The position numbers were made by a program, and so were the translations under genes. Of a stretch of 64,000 nt of DNA, positions 26,319 to 33,765 are shown piece by piece. Every line of letters starts with the position of its first letter. Within the stretch, counting starts at the first letter, position 1. The DNA comes from an uncultured Gemmatimonadales bacterium (GTDB taxonomy: Bacteria > Gemmatimonadota > Gemmatimonadetes > Gemmatimonadales > GWC2-71-9), in contig CAWHMT010000004.1 in assembly GCA_963830455.1 (NCBI GenBank), positions 434,644 to 498,643 on the forward strand, given 5' to 3'. Under the pieces are notes generated by a model, which had not been told where the DNA came from, did no database searches, and saw only the letters and a program-made list of their open reading frames with translations.

Positions 26319-27832
26319 ACTCGCTGCGCAAGCCGGGTCTTCGTAACCGACGCGCCATCCCGTGGGGAACGGTTTCCGTAGAGCCGATGGAGCGCTTCCG
26401 GGAATCTGTGGCGGAGGCTGTGGCCGGCGGATGGCGGGTGGCGTCGCTTTTCGGCATGCCGGAAGAGCACGACCAGACGCGCCTCGTCGCGATCCTAGCG
26501 GACGACGCCGAGGGGCAGCTCGGTGTGACGAGCGCAGTCGCTGGGGATCGCTTTCCGTCGCTCGCGATGGCGGTTCCCCAGGTCCACGGGTTCGAGCGCG
26601 AAATCGCCGAGCAATGCGGCGTGGTTCCCGAGGGTCATCCCTGGCTCAAGCCCCTGCGCCGGCATCCACCCGACCACCTTTCGCCCGGCCGGCGCGTTGC
26701 GCTGCCGGACCGCGAGGCGTACCCCTTCTTTCAGATCGCGGGAGAGGAAGTGCACGAGGTCGCCGTCGGGCCCGTGCACGCGGGCATCATCGAGCCCGGC
26801 CATTTCCGGTTTCAGGCACACGGCGAGCAGGTGTTGTTCCTCGAGATCATGCTCGGCTATCAGCACCGCGGCGTGGAGCCGCTGCTCGAGCGCCTGGGGG
26901 GGGACCGCGAGCGGGGCGTTCTCGTGGCCGAGTCGATCGCGGGCGATACGGTCATCGGCCACGCCGGCGCCTATTGCGGTGCGATCGAAGCGATCGCCCG
27001 GAGCCGGAAGACCCCGCGCGGGCAAACCGTACGCGGGATCGCGCTCGAGCTGGAGCGGTTGGCGAATCACATCGGCGATCTTGGCGCGATTGCCGCGGAC
27101 GTCGCCTTCCAGCCGGCGGCGGCTTACCTGGGTCGCATGCGCGGCGATTGTCTCAATCTGCTGATGACGCTTTCCGGCAGCCGCTACGGGAGAGGTCTGG
27201 TACGGCCGGGGGGCGCGGCGTTCGACCTCACCCCGGCTATGGCCGGCGAGATGCGCGATCGGCTGCAGCGCCTCGGCGAGGAGCTCGATCCGGTCCTCGC
27301 CCTGTTGTTCGAGACGGCGTCGGTCCAGGCCAGGCTCGAGGGCGTCGGCGTGGTGTCCCGGCAGGCGTGTGTCGAGTACGGCTTCGTCGGCCCAGTCGCG
27401 CGGGCGTGCGAGCTGCCGCGCGACGTGCGGCACGATCACCCCTGGGGAATCTTCCGGTTCGCCCACATCCCGGTGGCCACGGCGTGGGCCGGAGACGTGC
27501 TTGCGCGTGCGCTGGTCCGCCGCGTGGAGATCCAGCGGTCGCTCGAGTTCATCGTCGAGCAGCTCGGTGCGCTGCCCAAGGGCCCAGCGCGTGTGGAGTG
27601 CGGACCCCTGCGACCGAACGAGATGGCGGTGGCGATGGTCGAGGGCTGGCGGGGCGAGATCGTACATGTCGTGATAACCGACGGCGCCGGCCGCGTCCGC
27701 CGGCACAAGGTGACCGATCCCTCCTTCCACAACTGGACTGCCCTCACGCTGGCGATGCCCGGGAACGAGATCTCCGATTTCCCGCTCTGCAACAAGAGCT
27801 TCAACCTGTCGTACGCGGGGCACGACCTGTGA
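26315..27832 (+). CDS. Fused NuoC-NuoD / HycE-HyfG-like 'large subunit' lacking all four NiFe-ligand cysteines (Ehr-type)
   Basis: ATGA overlap. VGPVHAGIIEPGHFRF...GYQHRGVE core. Where hydrogenases carry R-x-C-G-x-C-x3-H it reads ESIAGDTVIGH, and where they carry D-P-C-x2-C-x2-R it reads DFPLCNKSFNLSYAGHDL. Confidence 0.85.
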   Translation: MNSLRKPGLRNRRAIPWGTVSVEPMERFRESVAEAVAGGWRVASLFGMPEEHDQTRLVAILADDAEGQLGVTSAVAGDRFPSLAMAVPQVHGFEREIAEQCGVVPEGHPWLKPLRRHPPDHLSPGRRVALPDREAYPFFQIAGEEVHEVAVGPVHAGIIEPGHFRFQAHGEQVLFLEIMLGYQHRGVEPLLERLGGDRERGVLVAESIAGDTVIGHAGAYCGAIEAIARSRKTPRGQTVRGIALELERLANHIGDLGAIAADVAFQPAAAYLGRMRGDCLNLLMTLSGSRYGRGLVRPGGAAFDLTPAMAGEMRDRLQRLGEELDPVLALLFETASVQARLEGVGVVSRQACVEYGFVGPVARACELPRDVRHDHPWGIFRFAHIPVATAWAGDVLARALVRRVEIQRSLEFIVEQLGALPKGPARVECGPLRPNEMAVAMVEGWRGEIVHVVITDGAGRVRRHKVTDPSFHNWTALTLAMPGNEISDFPLCNKSFNLSYAGHDL

Positions 27833-27848
27833 GGCGAGGCGGCGTGCC

Positions 27849-28511
27849 GTGTTGACCTGGCTCAGAACGAGACTCCGGGAGGGAATCCGGACGATTCGCT
27901 TCCCCGGAAATGGCGCGGATTTCCCGGAGCGGTTCCGAGGCCGGCCCCGAGGGTCCTCGGATCTCGGCACGTGTCTCTTCAGCCCGGAGGAGGTCGAATA
28001 CAGCCGCGATTATCGCATGGCCACATCCACACGGGAGGCGTTGGTCAGCCCCACCGGCGAGGTCAAGCTCGCCCGCGCCCTGGACGAGCGCGCGCGGAAG
28101 TTGTTCCGGCGCTCGCTGCGGCTCCGCTCGGTTGTCGCGGGGAGCTGCAACGGGTGCGAAGCCGAGCTCGTCGCGCTCGGAAACGTGGTGTTCGACTTAG
28201 CGCGATTCGGCGTCCAGTTCGTCGCCTCGCCGCGGCACGCCGACGGTATCGTCGTCACTGGCGCGGTGAACCGGAACATGCGGCGCGCGCTGGAGCTGAC
28301 GTATGAAGCAGTCCCACCGCCGAAGATCGTGATCGCGGTCGGGGCCTGCGCTATCAGCGGGGGCCCGTTTGTGGGCAGTCCCGAGGTCGGCACAGGCGTC
28401 GGCGAGATCCTCCCGGTAGACCTGTGGGTGCCGGGGTGCCCACCGCACCCGCTCACGACGCTCGACGGTCTGCTCCGCTTGCTGGGGGCGATCGACGGCG
28501 AGGAATCTTAG
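27849..28511 (+). CDS. NuoB/HycG-HyfI-like small subunit (one 4Fe-4S site) with a vestigial HycF/NuoI-like N-terminus
   Basis: GSCNGCE, VGACAISGG and VPGCPPHP provide the four Cys. The N-terminal ~90 aa start TIRFPGNGADFPERFRGRP (HycF/NuoI-like) but contain no CxxCxxCxxxCP motif. Confidence 0.8.
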   Translation: MLTWLRTRLREGIRTIRFPGNGADFPERFRGRPRGSSDLGTCLFSPEEVEYSRDYRMATSTREALVSPTGEVKLARALDERARKLFRRSLRLRSVVAGSCNGCEAELVALGNVVFDLARFGVQFVASPRHADGIVVTGAVNRNMRRALELTYEAVPPPKIVIAVGACAISGGPFVGSPEVGTGVGEILPVDLWVPGCPPHPLTTLDGLLRLLGAIDGEES

Positions 28512-29494
28512 CGCGCCTCGAACATTCCCACCGCGCCCTTCGTGGCGTCCGCAAACGCGTGACTGACGAAGGGGTACGTGCCCGGCTCCACAAGACGCGT
28601 CTCGAAGATCGCGCCCCCTCCGACAGGGACTGTGACCGTCTGCACTCCCTCGAGGGGATGCGTGAGCGAACCGTCGAGGTACACTCTGTCAAAGATGGCC
28701 CCGACTACGTGGAACGCTGAGAAGCGATTGGGGCCCGCGTTCACGACATACATGCGCAGTTTTTCGCCGACGCCGACGCGAATGGGGTGATGCGCGTACT
28801 CCGCCTCGCGGCCGTTGAACACGACGTAGTCCGGCGCCAGTCCCAACAGCTTCTCCCAATCGATGATGCGGCTCGAGTCGGCGAGCGTTTTCGTGTAGAA
28901 CTCGCTTTGGACAAACACAAACTCCTTCGCTGGGGCGCGCCCTTCGCGTGGATCGACGATGATGGCGCCGTACATCCCGTTCGCGATGTGCAGCGCGACC
29001 GGTGCGGTGCCGCAGTGATACATGAACGCTCCCGGCACGTGCGGCACAAACCGATAGTGCAGCGAGTCGTGGGGCATCAGGTTCACGTAGGCGCGGCTCG
29101 GCGCGATCTCGGCCGCGTGGAAATCCAGGCTGTGCGGCATGGGGGCCTCGTTCACGAGCGTGAAGTCCACTGTGTCCCCGACGGTGACGCGCAGGACGGG
29201 TCCCGGCACCCGGCCGTCGAACGTCCAGGCGTCGTACGTCACGCCTTGTGCGATCGTGATTTTCATATGGCGAATGGCAACGCGGAGGCGATGCAAGCGT
29301 CCCGTTGCGCGGGCGGGCGCGACGGGATCGATGGGGGCGGGCAGCTCACCTGAACCGACCGGCGCCTCGCCGTGCGATACATCTGCCGGAGCCGTCGCGG
29401 GTGGGGTCTCGGCGTGCTGTGTCGGTCGAGACTCCGGCTCACGGCAGGCGCACAATGCAACAGCTGTAAGAAGGGATAATCCGTGACGGCGCAT
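28508..29494 (-). CDS. nirK: Copper-containing nitrite reductase (NirK-type two-domain cupredoxin), lipoprotein form
   Basis: MPHSLDFHAAE (T1 His, catalytic Asp, T2 His), MYHCGTAPVALHIANGMYG (T2 His, T1 Cys/His/Met), FHVVGAIFD, PFVSHAF. Signal peptide with LCAC, then a Pro/Ala-rich linker. Confidence 0.8.
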   Translation of the reverse strand: MRRHGLSLLTAVALCACREPESRPTQHAETPPATAPADVSHGEAPVGSGELPAPIDPVAPARATGRLHRLRVAIRHMKITIAQGVTYDAWTFDGRVPGPVLRVTVGDTVDFTLVNEAPMPHSLDFHAAEIAPSRAYVNLMPHDSLHYRFVPHVPGAFMYHCGTAPVALHIANGMYGAIIVDPREGRAPAKEFVFVQSEFYTKTLADSSRIIDWEKLLGLAPDYVVFNGREAEYAHHPIRVGVGEKLRMYVVNAGPNRFSAFHVVGAIFDRVYLDGSLTHPLEGVQTVTVPVGGGAIFETRLVEPGTYPFVSHAFADATKGAVGMFEAR

Positions 29495-29504
29495 CTAATC
29501 GCTC

Positions 29505-29531
29505 CTTCCTGATGGCTTCAGGGGCTCTTCA
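29505..29531. promoter_or_regulatory. Three phased CTTC[CA] repeats (CTTCC-N6-CTTCA-N6-CTTCA) in the nirK / CBS divergent region
   Basis: Units start at 29505, 29516 and 29527 (11-bp spacing). The 16-mer CTTCCTGAnnnCTTCA recurs at 54201. Confidence 0.45.
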
Positions 29532-29574
29532 TCTGAAAAGGGCGTACGTGTCTTTGTACCCTCGAGGAGGACCC

Positions 29575-29976
29575 ATGAAGGTCGCCGAGCTGATGCAGAC
29601 GAGTCTCAAGACGATCAGCAGCGAAGCCACCATCGCCGACGCCGTCGTCGTCTTCGCCGAGGCGCAAGTTTCGGCCGTGCCGGTTATCGATCGTCTGGGA
29701 CGCGCGGTCGGCGTGGTGTCGACGCGCGAGATCCTCAAGGCCGAAAGCGCGTGCGATTCGCCGCTTGCCCGCGATCGGTTGTTCGAGCGCACGCGCGTGC
29801 TCGAGATCATGACGCCCTGGCCGGTGACCATCGGTCCTGATCTCGACGTCCGGCTGGCCGCGCAGGAGATGCTCTATCTCAACGTGCAGCGACTGTTCGT
29901 CGAGTTTGACGGCGCGCTCGTGGGCGTCATCTCCCAGACGGATATCGTGGGGGCGGTGGCGACTGCCAAAGTCTAG
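29575..29976 (+). CDS. CBS-domain pair protein
   Basis: Two CBS motifs (VSAVPVIDRLGRAVGVVSTREI; VQRLFVEFDGALVGVISQTDI). GGAGG 5 nt upstream of the ATG. Confidence 0.85.
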   Translation: MKVAELMQTSLKTISSEATIADAVVVFAEAQVSAVPVIDRLGRAVGVVSTREILKAESACDSPLARDRLFERTRVLEIMTPWPVTIGPDLDVRLAAQEMLYLNVQRLFVEFDGALVGVISQTDIVGAVATAKV

Positions 29977-30473
29977 GTCCGGCGCAGCACCGACCAGCGG
30001 CCCGTCTGAGTGATCCCGGACTGCAACCGCGTCGTGTAGGTACCCTCGATCGCATTGCCTTTGAGTTCCCCGGCGAACGTCGTCGACAGACGCTCACCGG
30101 TTTGGGGATCGGCATAGGCATCCAACGTGCCGCTGACCCGCCCTTGCTCCACGCGCACGAATCGAATCGTGAGGACGGTGGTCGCCGCCGACGCGGTCGG
30201 ACTGGCGATCTGCCCCTCCGTGTACGGCGTCACGGGGCGGCCCAACCCCTTGGGAATCATGACCACGTCGCCGAACGCGGAGTCGCCGGTCGCGCGCAGC
30301 GTAAAGCTGATGCTGCCGCTGCGGCCCGACTCCCCGCTGCTGTACTCGCCGGCCCATTCGCCGGTCAGAGCGGCGACGTCCGTGGCTGCGCCGACGAGTG
30401 GAACGGGTGGGCGTGAAGCGCCACACGCGCTGAGCATGAAGGCCAGAAGCGGGAGTGTTGGAAGACGAGCCAT
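29973..30473 (-). CDS. Hypothetical lipoprotein
   Basis: MARLPTLPLLAFMLSAC lipobox. Start set at the internal ATG 30473. Confidence 0.6.
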   Translation of the reverse strand: MARLPTLPLLAFMLSACGASRPPVPLVGAATDVAALTGEWAGEYSSGESGRSGSISFTLRATGDSAFGDVVMIPKGLGRPVTPYTEGQIASPTASAATTVLTIRFVRVEQGRVSGTLDAYADPQTGERLSTTFAGELKGNAIEGTYTTRLQSGITQTGRWSVLRRT

Positions 30474-30551
30474 GATCGCCTCGCGGTCGTGGGTGTGCGT
30501 GTAACGCGCGACGGCGGGCGCGCTGCCCGTCCTTAAGATGAAGCCTGATGC

Positions 30552-31814
30552 ATGAATTGTCACTGTGGCCGGCATGAAGCATTATCTCGTGTGCCCTCGG
30601 CAGGCGAAGCGACCCGAGTTCGGGAGCGGTTCGAACGGCTACTCGCGGCCGGCGTGGCGATCTTCTCGCGACACGAGCTCGCGCACGTGCTGCAGGAGGT
30701 CGTAGACGCCGCTCGTGACGTTGTCGGCGCTCGCTACGCCGCGCTCGGCGTCCTTGGACCGGACGGAACGAGCTTCGTGCAGTTTGTAACGTCGGGCATG
30801 GAGGAAGCCGCGCGGCAGCGGATCGGCGATCCTCCGCGCGGACGCGGTCTGCTGGGTCTGGTGATCCGCGAAGGCAAGCCCATCCGCAGCGCCGACATCA
30901 ATCGCCACCCGCAGCGCTACGGATATCCGCCGCACCATCCGCCGATGACGTCGTTTCTGGGCGTGCCGGTGAAAGGGCGTGGCGGCGCCTTCGGCAATCT
31001 GTATCTCACCGAGAAGATCGATGCGTCTGAGTTCAGCGACGAAGATGAAGCGATCGCCGTGCTGCTCGCCGCGCAAGCGGCGGTCGCCGTCGAGAATGCG
31101 CGCCTGCTGACTGAGAGCGAGCAGCTCGTGGGCCAGATTCGCGCGATGCAACGCCAACGCGACTTGTTTTTCGCGATGATGAACCACGAGCTGCGCAACG
31201 CGCTCACCGGCGTGTACGGCTGGGCGGAGCGGCTGGTGCGCCGGAAAACGCCCGACGTCTCCGACCGAGCTGCGCGTGAGGTGTACGAAGCGGCCGACCG
31301 CACGATCGTGCTCATGAACAACTTCCTCGATCTCATGCGGCTCGATGCGGGGAAGATCCGGCCAGTCATCCGGGAAGTGGACACCCAGGCCGTGGTGCAG
31401 CGGGCCATTACGACCAGCGAGCCGGCCGCGGCGGCGAAACAGCAAAGTCTACGGGTCGTTTTGGACGGCGCCCCCGCTACTCTGCACACCGACTCCGTGC
31501 GACTCGAGCAGATCCTCGTGAATCTCTTGTCCAATGCCATCCGGCACAGTCCGGGACTAGCGTCTGTCTCTGTGAAGGTCGAGGCGGCGCCGAACGGCGT
31601 GACGTTTTTCGTCATCGATCATGGGCCCGGTGTGCCGCTCGAGCTGCGCGAGCGGATCTTCGAGCCGTTCGAGCGCTTCGATCCCCACTCGGGGCATGGG
31701 ACCGGGCTTGGCCTCCCCGTATCGCGGGGGCTGGCAGAGGCACTGGGGGGCAGCCTGACGGTGGAAGAGACAGCTGGCGGTGGCGCGACTTTCATCCTTA
31801 AGATTCCTTCATGA
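30552..31814 (+). CDS. Soluble GAF-domain sensor histidine kinase
   Basis: GAF (GLLGLVIREGKPIR...FLGVPVKGRGGAFGNLYLTEK), HisKA (MNHELRNALTGV), HATPase (IDHGPGVP...GTGLGL). No TM segment. The start may be GTG 30591. Confidence 0.85.
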   Translation: MNCHCGRHEALSRVPSAGEATRVRERFERLLAAGVAIFSRHELAHVLQEVVDAARDVVGARYAALGVLGPDGTSFVQFVTSGMEEAARQRIGDPPRGRGLLGLVIREGKPIRSADINRHPQRYGYPPHHPPMTSFLGVPVKGRGGAFGNLYLTEKIDASEFSDEDEAIAVLLAAQAAVAVENARLLTESEQLVGQIRAMQRQRDLFFAMMNHELRNALTGVYGWAERLVRRKTPDVSDRAAREVYEAADRTIVLMNNFLDLMRLDAGKIRPVIREVDTQAVVQRAITTSEPAAAAKQQSLRVVLDGAPATLHTDSVRLEQILVNLLSNAIRHSPGLASVSVKVEAAPNGVTFFVIDHGPGVPLELRERIFEPFERFDPHSGHGTGLGLPVSRGLAEALGGSLTVEETAGGGATFILKIPS

Positions 31815-31817
31815 ATC
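31795..31817. promoter_or_regulatory. AT-rich motif cluster TCCTTAAGATTCCTTCATGAATC upstream of the response-regulator gene
   Basis: Contains TCCTTAAGAT (also at 30530), AAGATTCCTTCA (also at 35890), the palindrome TTCATGAA and GATTC-N6-GAATC. CCTT[ACT] units at 31796, 31806 and 31817. Confidence 0.5.
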
Positions 31818-31857
31818 CTTTAGAAATGGTTCAACGCTCCGCTGCTAGCGTGCCTGC

Positions 31858-32544
31858 ATGAAGATTCTCGTGGTGGAGGACGACCGAAAGGTCGCGGGAT
31901 TCATCGAGCAGGGTCTGCGCGAGGAAGGCTACGTTGTCGACGTCGCTCCCGATGGGGACCAGGGTACGATGCTGGCGCACGTCTACGACTATGACCTCCT
32001 GGTGCTGGACGTCATGCTCCCCAAGAAGACGGGGCTACAGCTGGCTGCGGAGATACGGCGTGAAGGGCGCGCGACTCCCATCCTCATGTTGACCGCCCGC
32101 GACACGACCGAAGACGTGGTGCGGGGGCTCGACGCCGGCGCCGACGACTATCTCACGAAGCCGTTCAAGTTCGACGAGCTGCTTGCCCGCGTGCGCGCGT
32201 TGGTGCGCCGCGGCGGCTCCGGCCGCACCGAGCTGCTGCGCTACGGGCCGGTGGAGCTGGACCGCTTGAAGCACAAGGCACGCGTGGAGGGCAAGATGCT
32301 CGATCTCACGCCGAAGGAATTCCACCTGCTGCAACACTTTCTCTTGCATCCCGAGGAAGTCGTGCGCCGCACGGAGCTCCTGGAAAAAGTGTGGGACATG
32401 CACTTCGACCCCGAGAGCAACGTGGTGGACGTGCACGTCGGGAATCTACGCCGCAAGCTGAAACAGGCGGTCGGCTTCGAATTGATCGAAACCGTTCGCG
32501 GGGTGGGGTTCCGGCTGCAGACGCCCGACCGAGCGGAGGTGTGA
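31858..32544 (+). CDS. OmpR/PhoB-family response regulator (CusR/CopR-like)
   Basis: MKILVVEDD...LLVLDVMLPKKTG...LTKPF, plus a winged helix (LTPKEFHLLQHFL...VRGVGFRL). Confidence 0.9.
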   Translation: MKILVVEDDRKVAGFIEQGLREEGYVVDVAPDGDQGTMLAHVYDYDLLVLDVMLPKKTGLQLAAEIRREGRATPILMLTARDTTEDVVRGLDAGADDYLTKPFKFDELLARVRALVRRGGSGRTELLRYGPVELDRLKHKARVEGKMLDLTPKEFHLLQHFLLHPEEVVRRTELLEKVWDMHFDPESNVVDVHVGNLRRKLKQAVGFELIETVRGVGFRLQTPDRAEV

Positions 32545-33611
32545 GAGGGTCGCTGCGCCGCACGCTGGCTCTGCGGTTTGCGGCGACGATGGCGGCCGGG
32601 TTGCTCCTCGCGACCGGGGCCTTTTACTGGGCCGCGTCGCGCGAACTGCAGCAATCGGTCCCTGCCGCCGAGCTCCGCGGTGACCTGCTGCTGGTGCTCG
32701 CGTCGATCGTCGTGGCGGGAAGCGCCGCGACCCTCATGGGCGCGTGGCATTTCACGTCGTCCGCCGTTGGTCCAGTCGCCGAAATCACTGCGCAGGCCAC
32801 GCGTATCGAAGCCGGCACGCTGGACCAGCGCATTCTCGCGCATGCTGATACCGAAGAATACGAAGGACTCGTCGCCGTCCTGAACCGCATGTTGGAGCGG
32901 CTGGAGCGGGGGTTCGCCGCGCAACGCCGTCTGACAGCGGACGTCAGTCATGAGCTACGAACGCCGCTCACCGCGCTCCGCGGAGAGATGGAAGTGGCGC
33001 TGCGGTCGCCGCGCTCGCAGCGCGAGTACGAGCAGGTCCTGCGCAGCGGTCTCGAGGAGATCGATCGCCTCACCGAGATGAGCGAGGATCTGCTGCTCGT
33101 GACCCGCGCTGAGGCAAGCGTGATCAGCGCCAAGCGTGTCGCCACCGATCTGGCCCGACTCGTGGACGACAAGCTGGATCGGCTGCACCGGAAGTTCGAA
33201 GAGCGCGATCTCACCGTGGATCGCGTGTTGTGCTGCGACCATCCGAGCGTGTTGGTCGATCCCGAGCTCATCACACGGCTGGTCGATCATCTGCTCGACA
33301 ATGCGTTGCAGTTTACGCCGCTGGGCGGCCGCATCACCGTGCAGGTGCACCCCATCCCCGGGGGAGGGGGTCTCCGCCTGGCGGTCGAGAACACCGGGCC
33401 CGGCATTGCTGCCGCGGACCTGCCTCACCTCTTCGAGCCGTTCTATCGCTCCGACCCGGCGCGCACGCGCACCGACACCAGCGGAACGGGTCTTGGCCTC
33501 GCCCTCGTAGCCTCGATCGCCCATCTGCACGGTGGGGTTGCCCGGGCGTCGAGCGTGCCCGACCAGAGCACCCGGTTCGAAGTCGATCTCCCCGCGCCCC
33601 CGGCCAATTGA
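32541..33611 (+). CDS. Membrane histidine kinase (CusS-family architecture with only a ~16-aa extracytoplasmic loop)
   Basis: GTGA overlap with the RR gene. Two TMs separated by SRELQQSVPAAELRGD. HAMP, HisKA (SHELRTPLTAL), HATPase (NTGPGI...GTGLGLAL). Confidence 0.85.
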   Translation: MRGSLRRTLALRFAATMAAGLLLATGAFYWAASRELQQSVPAAELRGDLLLVLASIVVAGSAATLMGAWHFTSSAVGPVAEITAQATRIEAGTLDQRILAHADTEEYEGLVAVLNRMLERLERGFAAQRRLTADVSHELRTPLTALRGEMEVALRSPRSQREYEQVLRSGLEEIDRLTEMSEDLLLVTRAEASVISAKRVATDLARLVDDKLDRLHRKFEERDLTVDRVLCCDHPSVLVDPELITRLVDHLLDNALQFTPLGGRITVQVHPIPGGGGLRLAVENTGPGIAAADLPHLFEPFYRSDPARTRTDTSGTGLGLALVASIAHLHGGVARASSVPDQSTRFEVDLPAPPAN

Positions 33612-33621
33612 GGAGGGTTTG

Positions 33622-33765
33622 ATGCCCGTCACGGCTCCAAAGCAGGAGACCGAGCACCCCCGTGGCACACTGTTCCTGATCGGCTTGTATGGCGTGGTGT
33701 TCGCCGCCGCATGGTTCGCCGTCTACTTCCTCGTGTATCTCCACCGTGGCGGGGTGACGCCATGA
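33622..33765 (+). CDS. cbaD: ba3-type cytochrome oxidase subunit IIa-like single-TM peptide (47 aa)
   Basis: GGAGGG SD. HPRGTLFLIGLYGVVFAAAWFAVYFLVYLHRGG resembles Thermus subunit IIa. ATGA overlap with the subunit II gene. Confidence 0.55.
   Translation: MPVTAPKQETEHPRGTLFLIGLYGVVFAAAWFAVYFLVYLHRGGVTP

Noticed and set aside
26315-27832. Calling the cluster a formate hydrogenlyase / hydrogenase-4.
   Set aside because: All four NiFe-ligand Cys are substituted. I recognised no FDH, hyp or protease genes in the window, and the ferredoxin subunit is degenerate.
26362-27855. 497-aa + strand ORF in an alternative frame, and the 491-aa minus-strand ORF at 26495-27970.
   Set aside because: They overlap the HycE/NuoD-like gene. 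Their translations are Arg/Ala/Pro-rich nonsense.
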